DNA from: Oscillospiraceae bacterium
GTDB lineage: Bacteria > Bacillota > Clostridia > Oscillospirales > Oscillospiraceae
Assembly (NCBI GenBank): GCA_963628785.1
Contig: CAVGGQ010000001.1
Location: forward strand, 23,969 to 87,968
DNA length: 64,000 nucleotides
Direction of reading: 5' to 3'
Each line of letters opens with the position of its first letter. Within the stretch, counting starts at the first letter, position 1. The notes beneath the pieces were generated by a model. The model was not told the origin of the DNA. It worked only from the letters and a program-made list of their open reading frames with translations, and made no database searches. The position numbers and the translations under genes were made by a program. Positions 44,152 to 52,649 of this stretch are shown in pieces.

Positions 44152-45569
44152 TGCTTGAGAGCCAGTGTGAACACAAAGTCGGTCACACCCTGACGGCTGG
44201 TCACGGCAATATCCTCGCCGTGGTTATTCAAAATGGTTTTCACGATGTAAAGCCCGAGACCTACGCCGTCACGGTCCTGACTGCGGCTGCGGTCAGATTT
44301 GTGGAAGCGGTCGAAGAGAAGCGGTATCTCCGATTCCGGGATGGTGTTGCCGACGTTGCGGACGGATACATACGCCTTCTTGCTGTCCTTCCAAAGTGAA
44401 ATGGTGAGCGGGGTATTCTCATGCGAGAACTTGATGGCATTGTCTAGCAGATTGTAAATCACCTGCGTAATGGCATCCGCGTCGCCGAGCACCGGGATCG
44501 GATCCTCCGGCACCTGAAAATCGACATCGAGATGCTTCGCATCGATTTTGTCGGCAAAATTGATGAGCGTGAGACGCAGCTGCTCGGAGATATCAAAGCT
44601 CTTTTTGAGAAGCTCCGTACGATCCTTCGTCTGCAGACGTGAAAGCTCCAGCATGCTGCGAACAAGCCGCGCGAGCCGCTTCGTTTCCGAAGAGATGATC
44701 TGCAGGTACTTTTTCTCCGATTCCGGCGGGATGGTGCCATCGAGAATGCCGTCGGCAAAGCCGGCAATGGTCGTCATCGGCGTTTTGAGCTCGTGCGAAA
44801 CATTCGCGATAAACTCTCGCCGCTTCATCTCGGACTTTTCGAGCGAGTCCGCCATGGCGTTGAACGCTTCGGTCAACTCACCGATCTCGTCTGTGCTCTC
44901 GGTCGGTTCTACGCGCACATCAAGCTCGCCTTTGCCAAAGCGGCGGGCCGCATCGGCCATGTCGCGGAGCGGCTTGGCAAAATAGCGCGAGCTCACATAG
45001 CTGAATATGAGCGCAAGGCAGAGCACCACAAGGCTGATGGTGAAGAAGAGCGGCACGATCGTCTCCCACACATCGAGCACCGCATTCGTATCCTTCGATA
45101 CGAAAAGATGCCCGAGAAATGTGCCGTCCTCGCCCGTGAGGGCGGAAACCACGGTATAATGCTCGTTTGAGTAGAAGCCATTGAGCGAACCGATCACGGT
45201 TAAGGAGCCGCTCTCCGGCAGCGCATCGCGCACCGTTTCATCAAGTAGCATCCCGATGTGCTCACAGAATACGGCGGAATCCGAGCAGGTAATGATGTAG
45301 CCCTTCGGGTTCGTGATGAATATGTGCTGCCCGGTGCTCGCGCCGATGGTGCTGAGCGTCATACGCAGCTCCAGCGAGCGCATATCGCCCTCGGACGCAT
45401 ACGCCACCGCCATGCGCGATATTTCGCGCGAGTTTGTTGTGATGCTCTCACGCGCCTCGGCCACGAACACCTGCCGGCTCGCAAAACCGAACGCCGCGCC
45501 GATGAGCAGAAAGCTCACAAGCACCATGACCGCCGTCGTGGCAAAGTTTTTGAAATATGTTCTGTGCAT
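44148..45569 (-). CDS. Sensor histidine kinase (CssS/WalK-like: 2 TM, HAMP, HisKA, HATPase)
   Basis: Starts MHRTYFKNF. H-box FIANVSHELKTPMT, N-box YNLLDNAIKF, G-box DRDGVGLGL. Confidence 0.85.
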   Translation of the reverse strand: MHRTYFKNFATTAVMVLVSFLLIGAAFGFASRQVFVAEARESITTNSREISRMAVAYASEGDMRSLELRMTLSTIGASTGQHIFITNPKGYIITCSDSAVFCEHIGMLLDETVRDALPESGSLTVIGSLNGFYSNEHYTVVSALTGEDGTFLGHLFVSKDTNAVLDVWETIVPLFFTISLVVLCLALIFSYVSSRYFAKPLRDMADAARRFGKGELDVRVEPTESTDEIGELTEAFNAMADSLEKSEMKRREFIANVSHELKTPMTTIAGFADGILDGTIPPESEKKYLQIISSETKRLARLVRSMLELSRLQTKDRTELLKKSFDISEQLRLTLINFADKIDAKHLDVDFQVPEDPIPVLGDADAITQVIYNLLDNAIKFSHENTPLTISLWKDSKKAYVSVRNVGNTIPESEIPLLFDRFHKSDRSRSQDRDGVGLGLYIVKTILNNHGEDIAVTSRQGVTDFVFTLALKQ

Positions 45570-45570
45570 A

Positions 45571-46263
45571 TTATTCCACGGACTCGAATTTGTAGCCCAC
45601 GCCCCACACGGTCTTGAGCGACCACTTGTCGGACATGCCCTCGAGCTTCTCGCGGAGCCGCTTGATATGCACATCTACGGTGCGGGAATCACCGAAATAA
45701 TCGAAGCCCCACACCTCGTCGAGCAGTTGATTGCGTGTGAACACGCGGTTCGGGGAAGAGGCGAGGTGGAACAGCAGCTCCATCTCCTTCGGGGGAGCCT
45801 CCACACGCTTGCCGTCGACAACAAGCTCGTAGGAATCGAGATCGATCACAAGCTTATCAAAGGTGAGCCGTTTCGTGCTCTTGAGCGGCGTATCGTCCGG
45901 CTCGGAGCGTCGCATAACGGCATGAATGCGCGCCATCAGCTCTTTCACCTCAAACGGCTTTGTGACATAGTCGTCTGCGCCCATCTCCAGACCATTGATC
46001 TTATCAAATGTCTCACCTTTAGCGGTTAACATAATAATGGGAACTTTGGAAGTCTTGCGGACCTCGGAGCAGACGACCCAGCCGTCAACGACCGGAAGCA
46101 TGATGTCGAGCAGAATGAGATCCGGCTTGAGCTCCTGTGCGCGGCGGATGCCCTCACCGCCGTCTGCGGCGAGTGACACATCAAATCCGTCCTTTTCGAG
46201 ATAAAGACGCAGAAGTTCCGCAATATTGCTGTCGTCCTCTACCACAAGTACCTTTTTCGCCAT
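45571..46263 (-). CDS. OmpR-family response regulator
   Basis: 230 aa. KKVLVVEDD, LILLDIMLP, and a winged-helix end VWGVGYKF. Confidence 0.9.
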   Translation of the reverse strand: MAKKVLVVEDDSNIAELLRLYLEKDGFDVSLAADGGEGIRRAQELKPDLILLDIMLPVVDGWVVCSEVRKTSKVPIIMLTAKGETFDKINGLEMGADDYVTKPFEVKELMARIHAVMRRSEPDDTPLKSTKRLTFDKLVIDLDSYELVVDGKRVEAPPKEMELLFHLASSPNRVFTRNQLLDEVWGFDYFGDSRTVDVHIKRLREKLEGMSDKWSLKTVWGVGYKFESVE

Positions 46264-46430
46264 AATTCCTGCCTCCTTATGAGAGTATGTGAAATTAAGA
46301 ATCCACTAATACACTATCATAACATTATATACCCGATACATAAAATGCGCAAGCCGTTGACCGCATTCAAACCGCCGACAGCTTGCGTTTTTTATTATGC
46401 TTTTGTAAATTTTCCGCCGAATGGCGTTCC

Positions 46431-46907
46431 TTATCCGCGCACATCGCGCACCATCGCCTGCAGCTCGGCGTGGGCGCTGATGAGCTCGTTGGCGCGCTCC
46501 TCAAAGCGCTTCCATTTTTCCTCGGCACCGCGCTCGGCATCTTCCAGCGTTTTCTTGGCCTGCGTGTTGGCATCCTCAACGATCTGCTTTGTCTCCGCTT
46601 TCGCGGCGCGAATGGATCTCTGCCGCGCCTGCTCGGCGGCTTTTTCCCGCTGTTCGTTGTCGGCTTCCGCTGCGCGGATGGAGTCGAGATACTGCGCGGC
46701 TGCCGCCTGCGCCGCATCAAACACGCCGTTGAGCTGCAGCGCTGCCTCGGCGATCGAGCCGCACTGCGAAAGCCGCAGCGTGCGGTCATCGAGCTGAGCG
46801 CGCAGCTGCGCGATCTGTGCGTCCTTTTCTTCGTTTTGCTTCTGCGACTCATAGAGCATTTCGATAAGCTCCGAGCGGCCGAGATGTCTGAGTTCTTTAT
46901 CTGTCAT
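46431..46907 (-). CDS. Coiled-coil protein of unknown function
   Basis: 158 aa, rich in Ala/Glu/Gln heptads. It has no TM helix and no motif I recognise. Confidence 0.5.
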   Translation of the reverse strand: MTDKELRHLGRSELIEMLYESQKQNEEKDAQIAQLRAQLDDRTLRLSQCGSIAEAALQLNGVFDAAQAAAAQYLDSIRAAEADNEQREKAAEQARQRSIRAAKAETKQIVEDANTQAKKTLEDAERGAEEKWKRFEERANELISAHAELQAMVRDVRG

Positions 46908-46991
46908 GAGATATCCCCGATTTCTGCAATATTATCCTTATAAAGGATATCATTTTTCCCAAGGCAATGCAACAAAAAGATTTACGCAATC

Positions 46992-47020
46992 TTGACAACG
47001 CCCACCGAAAAATGTAATGT
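46992..47020 (+). promoter_or_regulatory. Putative promoter of the LytTR two-component operon
   Basis: TTGACA (46992-46997), 17 nt, TAATGT (47015-47020). This would place repeat copy B in the 5' UTR. Confidence 0.4.
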
Positions 47021-47028
47021 TATATAAA

Positions 47029-47097
47029 GATAATACCACATAATTCGGCAAGAGCGATTTCCACAAAGTGCCGCAGACGACATTGTTCGGTATTGCC
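47029..47097 (-). repeat. MITE-like repeat, copy B (short form: left and right arms only, inverted orientation)
   Basis: The reverse complement reads GGCAATACCGAACAATGTCGTCTGCGGCACTTTGTGGAAATCGCTCTTGCCGAATTATGTGGTATTATC. This equals the two arms of copies A and C without the roughly 90-bp centre. Confidence 0.75.
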
Positions 47098-47129
47098 TGA
47101 AGTATCCGTCGGAAAGGGGAGAAGCGCAT

Positions 47130-47837
47130 TTGATACGCATCGCCATCGTGGAGGATGACGAGAAACAGATCACAGAGCTCCGGCAGTATATGCACCGCTA
47201 TGAAAAGGACACCGCCACGGAGCTGAAGGTGTATGTTTTTCACGACGGAGCGGAGATCCTCGATAACTACACGCCGCAGTACGACATTATATTAATGGAT
47301 ATCGAAATGCGCCTCGTGGACGGCATGACCGCCGCCGAGGAGATCCGCCGGCAGGATGCCGAAGTCACGCTCATCTTTGTCACCAACATGACGCAGTACG
47401 CTATCCGCGGCTATGAGGTCGGCGCGCTCGACTATGTTGTAAAGCCGGTCTCTTATTTTGCATTCATGCATAAGCTGACCCGCGCCATATCCAAACTCCC
47501 CAAGCGGGAAAAATCGTTTATCACGCTCGCGCTCCGAAGCGGCGTGATGCGCATCGCCGTGTCGGATATTTATTATGTGGAATGTCAGGGCCACACGCTC
47601 TATTTCCACGCCGCGCAGGGCGTCTTTGAGATGAACGGCACGATGAAGTCCATAGAAGAATCGCTCAAAGACCTGCAGTTTTCGCGCGGCAACAACTGCT
47701 ATCTCATCAACCTTGTACATGTGGACGGTATCGAGGATAAATGCGCGCTGGTAAAGGGCGAAAAGCTCATCCTGAGCCGCCCACGTCAGAAAGCATTTAT
47801 GCAGGATCTTACGAAGTATTGGGGGAGTGTGCAATGA
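47130..47837 (+). CDS. LytTR-family response regulator
   Basis: 235 aa with a TTG start and AGGGGAG SD. Receiver domain IAIVEDD..IILMDIEM. The LytTR C-terminus is ..IYYVECQGHTLYFH..YLINLVHV. Confidence 0.9.
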   Translation: MIRIAIVEDDEKQITELRQYMHRYEKDTATELKVYVFHDGAEILDNYTPQYDIILMDIEMRLVDGMTAAEEIRRQDAEVTLIFVTNMTQYAIRGYEVGALDYVVKPVSYFAFMHKLTRAISKLPKREKSFITLALRSGVMRIAVSDIYYVECQGHTLYFHAAQGVFEMNGTMKSIEESLKDLQFSRGNNCYLINLVHVDGIEDKCALVKGEKLILSRPRQKAFMQDLTKYWGSVQ

Positions 47838-49177
47838 TACAGGAAACCGTCGAAGTCATCGGCGCGCTGCCGGATATACCGCGCTTTTATACCGCCCTTG
47901 CCGAGTGGCTCGCGTGCGCATTCTGCATTCTGGAAATGAAGCCGCGCCTCTCGCGTTGGCCGCTCATCGGCATCTCCGCGCTGGCACTGGCCGCTCTCTC
48001 CACGCTCCTTATGCTCACGCCCGGCCTTACGGACATTCTGTGGATCCTCTGCATGATGGGCGCCATTGCCATCATGTACGGCTTTATGTTCTTCTGCTGC
48101 AGTGAAGACTGGCGCGATGTCGCGTATTACCTTTGTCGTGCCTTTGTGCTTGCGGAATTTTCCGCATCGCTCGAATGGCAGATCCACTGCTATACCATGA
48201 TGCGTTGGGGCGAAATTTCCGCGGCGGGGGAGGCCGTCCTCCTTGTTGCCGTATATGCCGGCGTATATGTGCTCGCATGGCTCCTCTACCGCAGCAGTGC
48301 GCCGAAAGGACAGGGACTGCACATAAAAGGCAAGGAGCTCATTTCCTCACTCATCATCGCCGTGGCGGTCTTCTGCATGAGCAACATCGGCTTTGTATCG
48401 CAGACAACGCTCTTTTCCTCGCACTACGGCATGGATATCTTCAATGTCCGCACCATCACGGACCTCGGCGGCGTCGCCATGCTGTATGCCTATCATATGC
48501 AGCTGCGCTCTCTCCGCATGCACATGGAGCTTGAGAGCGTGGAGCTCATTTTGCAGAACCAATATCAGCAGTACCGCCAGTCACAGGAGACCGTGGAGCT
48601 TATCAACCTCAAATATCATGATCTCAAGCACTTCATCATTGCCCTGCGCAGTCAGGAGGGCACGGCGGCCTACGGCGAAATGCTCGACCGCATGGAAGCG
48701 GACATCAGCTTCTACGAAGCGCAGAACAAAACCGGCAACGAGGTGCTCGACACGCTTCTCGCGATGAAGAGCCTCATGTGCCACAAGTACGATATCTCCA
48801 TGACGAGCGTCGTGGACGGCAGACTCTTTTCCTTTATGAATGTAATGGACATCTGCTCCATCTTCGGCAATGCTCTCGACAACGCCATTGAATATGAGAA
48901 AAAGGTGGAGGATCACAGCAAGCGCCTGATCCATGTAACGGCCACGCGCCGGATAAACTTTCTGCTCATGCAGTTTGAAAACTACTGCGACAGCACGCTG
49001 TCTTTCCAAGATGATCTGCCCGTGACAACGAAAAAGAACCGCGAGTTTCACGGCTACGGTCTGAAGAGCCTGGAGCAGTCCGTTCACAAGTACGGCGGTG
49101 AGATGACCATCACCCAGGAAAACGACACCTTCCGTCTGCAGCTTCTCGTTCCACTGCCCGCCGGAACCACCGAATAA
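47834..49177 (+). CDS. Membrane sensor kinase of the AgrC/VirS-like GHKL class
   Basis: The start MIQETVE overlaps the regulator's stop (ATGA). About 6 TM helices, H-box KYHDLKHFIIAL, N-box FGNALDNAIEY, G-box HGYGLKSL. Confidence 0.8.
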   Translation: MIQETVEVIGALPDIPRFYTALAEWLACAFCILEMKPRLSRWPLIGISALALAALSTLLMLTPGLTDILWILCMMGAIAIMYGFMFFCCSEDWRDVAYYLCRAFVLAEFSASLEWQIHCYTMMRWGEISAAGEAVLLVAVYAGVYVLAWLLYRSSAPKGQGLHIKGKELISSLIIAVAVFCMSNIGFVSQTTLFSSHYGMDIFNVRTITDLGGVAMLYAYHMQLRSLRMHMELESVELILQNQYQQYRQSQETVELINLKYHDLKHFIIALRSQEGTAAYGEMLDRMEADISFYEAQNKTGNEVLDTLLAMKSLMCHKYDISMTSVVDGRLFSFMNVMDICSIFGNALDNAIEYEKKVEDHSKRLIHVTATRRINFLLMQFENYCDSTLSFQDDLPVTTKKNREFHGYGLKSLEQSVHKYGGEMTITQENDTFRLQLLVPLPAGTTE

Positions 49178-49189
49178 CCGCACACCGAC

Positions 49190-49220
49190 AAAAAACGGCT
49201 GCCCTAAGGCAGCCGTTTTC
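49190..49220 (+). terminator. Rho-independent terminator
   Basis: AAAAAA, then CGGCTGCC (49196-49203) pairing with GGCAGCCG (49208-49215), then TTTTC. Confidence 0.8.
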
Positions 49221-49267
49221 GCGCATTTAGCATCCTGCACAAAATGACTGTCATGTTTTACAGCATA

Positions 49268-49298
49268 TTCACAAATGCGAAATACCTTCTTCACAAAA
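49268..49298 (+). promoter_or_regulatory. Candidate LytTR-type operator: two 9-bp direct repeats with a 13-nt spacer
   Basis: TTCACAAAT (49268-49276) and TTCACAAAA (49290-49298), 22 nt start to start. They lie immediately downstream of the LytTR operon. Confidence 0.35.
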
Positions 49299-49677
49299 AC
49301 TTTAAAATCCGTGCAGAAAAATACGCAATTTATGAAAAATCGCACACAAAAATCGAAACCTTGTGTATAGTGTGCACAGTACCAAAAGCAGCGGAGAACG
49401 TGTCTCCCTGCGTTTGCTCTCTTTTAGCCGATTGTAAAAGTCATAAAATCGAATAGAGTTTTTCAATTCAATCCCTCATTGTGATGAAAATTTCTATTTG
49501 CTGCACAGCAGAGAAAAAATCCGCTGCTTTACCTCGTGAAAGTGGTTGATTTTTATGAATTTATCAAGTTTTGCAAACGGCTATAATAAAATCAGAAAGG
49601 AGAAACGATAGGGGATCCAACCGGTATCCAGTGGGTACAAGCAAATCTTACAACATAATTTCAAAAGGAGGAAAACC

Positions 49678-52599
49678 ATGAAAAAGAAAAAAATACGGGT
49701 TGGCCTTTGGGCCACGCTTACATCGGTGACAGCAGTATTGTTGTCCCTCAGTCTTATCGGCGCACCGATTGCGCTTTCCAACAAAAGCAATGTAGATAAA
49801 TTTTTAGGGGTTAGCGGTGCAAGCGTTTCCGGCGGCAGCGGCAATGAGTATTACACTAGCGATTATGCTTACACCGTTGAAGGTGAAACACAGCTGCTTG
49901 CAGATCAGCAAGACCTCTACAGACAAATCGTGGCAGAAGGCACGGTGTTGCTGAAAAATGAAAACAATGCACTGCCGCTGTCTGCCGCGGACGGTACTGT
50001 GAATATTTTTGGCAATGCCGGTCCGCAGTACCTTTCCGGATTAAATAGCTCGCTGAAAAACGAAGGCTTTACCGTGAATGATGACTGCTGGAACTTCTAT
50101 GCTACCGGCGGTCAGAATGTTACAGGCAATGCCGTGAATGAAAATCCTTGGGCAGCAGTAACCTCCCAGAATTGGTACAAGAGCCTGGGCGGCACCGCAA
50201 TTGTTGTCTTGGGCCGACGCGGTCAGGAAGGCTCAGACGACCAGTGGACGGAAGAACGAGACTATCTGGCACTTTCTACCGAAGAGAAGGACATGCTTAA
50301 CGGTGTAGCGGAATTAAAACGTTCCGGCACCTTTTCCAAGATGATCGTCATCATGACCTGCACCAATACGATCAATTATGCTGATGGAGACTGGAATGAT
50401 GCCATTGACTCGATTCTTTGGCTGGGCAATGTAAATGACCTGGGTACGGAAGCCCTTGCGGGAATTATCTCCGGTGAAACAAATCCCTCCGGTCGTCTCT
50501 CCGATACGATTTATAAAAATGCACATGATAACCCGGTTATGACCAACTTCGGCCGCATTAGCGCGGATCTGTCTCTGCTTTCTGACGGCAAATCCGATGA
50601 GGTTCAGGCACTGTCCGATGAGTGGAAACCCTCCAGTGACAAGGGCAACCATTGGCGCAGAAATTATGTATATGCCGAGGGTATTTACGTTGGCTACCGC
50701 TATTATGAGACGCGCTACGAGGATGTGGTTTTAGGCACCCCAAATGTCGGCAATTTCAACTATGCAGATTATGTGGCATATCCCTTCGGATATGGCCTAT
50801 CTTACACCGAATTTTCGTATTCTGATTTTCAGGTTACAGAAACGGACAGCGGCTTCGATGTCTCTGTAACGGTTACCAATACCGGCAATAGCACTGGCAA
50901 GCATTCGGTCACCGTTTATATGCAGTCTCCTTACACCGATTATGACAAGCAAAATGGCGTTGAAAAAGCTGCCGTTGAGCTGGTAGGCTATGAGAAAACG
51001 CAGCTGCTCGATCCCGGCGCATCGGAATCGGTCACCGTCAGTGTTGCCAAAACCGAGCTGCGCAGCTATGACTCAAACAATGCTAAAACATATATTCTTG
51101 ATGCCGGTGACTATTACTTTACGATTGGCGAATCCTCTCATGACGCAGTGAACAACATTTTGGCCGCGAAGGGTATGACAGTGACCAATGGCATGACGGA
51201 CAGCGGCAATGCGTCGCTGGTCTATGTATGGAACAATCCTACGCTTGACACAGAGATCTTCGCCACCTCTGCTGTGACCGGGAATGCGATTACCAATCTG
51301 TTTGATGAATCTGATCCTAACAAAAACGAAGAACTCTCCAAAAACAACAATGTGGTTTGGCTCAGCCGCTCCGACTGGGAAGGAACCTTCCCCAAGCAGG
51401 CAATTTCTCTGGTTTATACGGACGCTATCGCAGATCTTGCCAAGCCGATCACCTACCAAGCAGGATCCGGTGATGCATCTTCTGTTCCCACCCATAAATT
51501 TGGCAGCACCGAAACAAGTCTGACGCTTGTGGATATGTATGGCAAAGATTACGATGATCCTGATTGGGAAAATCTGGTTTCGCAGATGACCTATGAAGAA
51601 ATGGTTACCTTCATCAATGATCCTGAAGGCGCGGTTGCTTCTGTTGGCAAAGTAAAGGGTACTGCCGGAAACGGCTCCACGGGTCGAAGCGAAACATTTG
51701 TAGCTTCCGGACTCCAGGGTATTTCCTATACATCCACCGAAATCCGTGCCGCAACTTTTAACAAAGATATCCATGAAGCAGTCGGCGCTATGACCGGTGA
51801 AAACCTGCTGCATTCGTCTACCACGGATAGCAAGAAAGCCGCATTGTACGGTTGGAGCTGCGATACCCATCGCTCTCCCTATTCCGGCCGTAACAACGAA
51901 TACTATTCTGAAGATCCGTATCTCTCCGGCCAGGCATGTGCAGCAGAGACCCGCGGCATCGTCGGAAAAGGCGGTATCGTATTTACCAAGCACTATGCGG
52001 TCAATGATCAGGAAGAATATCGTCATGGCGTAACTGCATGGCTGAACGAGCAGGCTTTGCGCGAGATTTATCTTGCTCCGTTTGAAGAAGCTATTGTAAA
52101 CGGCGGCGCAAATGGCCTGATGAACGGCTTTAACCGTGTAGGTATTAAGTGGGCCGGTGAATATTATAACCTTCAGGTTGCCTATCTGGAAGACGAACTG
52201 GGCTATAAGGGCATCACACTGACGGACCAGTATGAGTCTGACTATCAGGATTCCGTAGATGGTATTCTCAACGGCACCCACGCATGGCTGGGCGGCGGCA
52301 CATACAAGGTGTGCTATGAGGTTTTGTTGATGGACGAGTACCGCAATGATCCGGTGATTCAGGATGCCTTGTTTAACGCGGTAAAACGGAATCTCTATGT
52401 AGATGCCAATTCCATGATTATCAACGGCATGAGCTCGGATACGGTCGTGGAAGAGAGCGTTTCCTGGTGGGTTCCTGCACTGACTGCCGTGGAGATTTTC
52501 TTTGCGCTTGCGACTGCAGGCTGCGCGGCAATGCTCGTGCTGAATATCGTAAATTATCAGAAGCGTAAAAAGGCAATCGAGTGGATCATGCGGAACTGA
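49678..52599 (+). CDS. GH3 glycoside hydrolase with reversed domain order, an N-terminal signal/anchor and a C-terminal TM helix
   Basis: 973 aa with an AAAGGAGGAAAA SD. The alpha/beta-sandwich and Fn3-like parts come first (VLLKNENNALPL..NPSGRLSDT..YVGYRYYE..PFGYGLSYTEF). The catalytic-domain motifs come last (YYSEDPYLSG..KHYAVNDQEEYR..GITLTDQY). The gene uses A/T-richer codons than its neighbours. Confidence 0.8.
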   Translation: MKKKKIRVGLWATLTSVTAVLLSLSLIGAPIALSNKSNVDKFLGVSGASVSGGSGNEYYTSDYAYTVEGETQLLADQQDLYRQIVAEGTVLLKNENNALPLSAADGTVNIFGNAGPQYLSGLNSSLKNEGFTVNDDCWNFYATGGQNVTGNAVNENPWAAVTSQNWYKSLGGTAIVVLGRRGQEGSDDQWTEERDYLALSTEEKDMLNGVAELKRSGTFSKMIVIMTCTNTINYADGDWNDAIDSILWLGNVNDLGTEALAGIISGETNPSGRLSDTIYKNAHDNPVMTNFGRISADLSLLSDGKSDEVQALSDEWKPSSDKGNHWRRNYVYAEGIYVGYRYYETRYEDVVLGTPNVGNFNYADYVAYPFGYGLSYTEFSYSDFQVTETDSGFDVSVTVTNTGNSTGKHSVTVYMQSPYTDYDKQNGVEKAAVELVGYEKTQLLDPGASESVTVSVAKTELRSYDSNNAKTYILDAGDYYFTIGESSHDAVNNILAAKGMTVTNGMTDSGNASLVYVWNNPTLDTEIFATSAVTGNAITNLFDESDPNKNEELSKNNNVVWLSRSDWEGTFPKQAISLVYTDAIADLAKPITYQAGSGDASSVPTHKFGSTETSLTLVDMYGKDYDDPDWENLVSQMTYEEMVTFINDPEGAVASVGKVKGTAGNGSTGRSETFVASGLQGISYTSTEIRAATFNKDIHEAVGAMTGENLLHSSTTDSKKAALYGWSCDTHRSPYSGRNNEYYSEDPYLSGQACAAETRGIVGKGGIVFTKHYAVNDQEEYRHGVTAWLNEQALREIYLAPFEEAIVNGGANGLMNGFNRVGIKWAGEYYNLQVAYLEDELGYKGITLTDQYESDYQDSVDGILNGTHAWLGGGTYKVCYEVLLMDEYRNDPVIQDALFNAVKRNLYVDANSMIINGMSSDTVVEESVSWWVPALTAVEIFFALATAGCAAMLVLNIVNYQKRKKAIEWIMRN

Positions 52600-52649
52600 C
52601 CCGACTTTCGGAAAACCTGAATACAAAATAAGCTCTTAAGGGGGTTTAC

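Noticed and set aside
49244-49456. 70-aa Cys-rich ORF in the low-G+C intergenic region as an AgrD-like or bacteriocin precursor
   Set aside because: It has no SD, no leader/double-glycine or AgrD-like motif, and no agrB-like gene. It is more likely a chance ORF in A/T-rich DNA. The region is flagged instead for possible RNA function.
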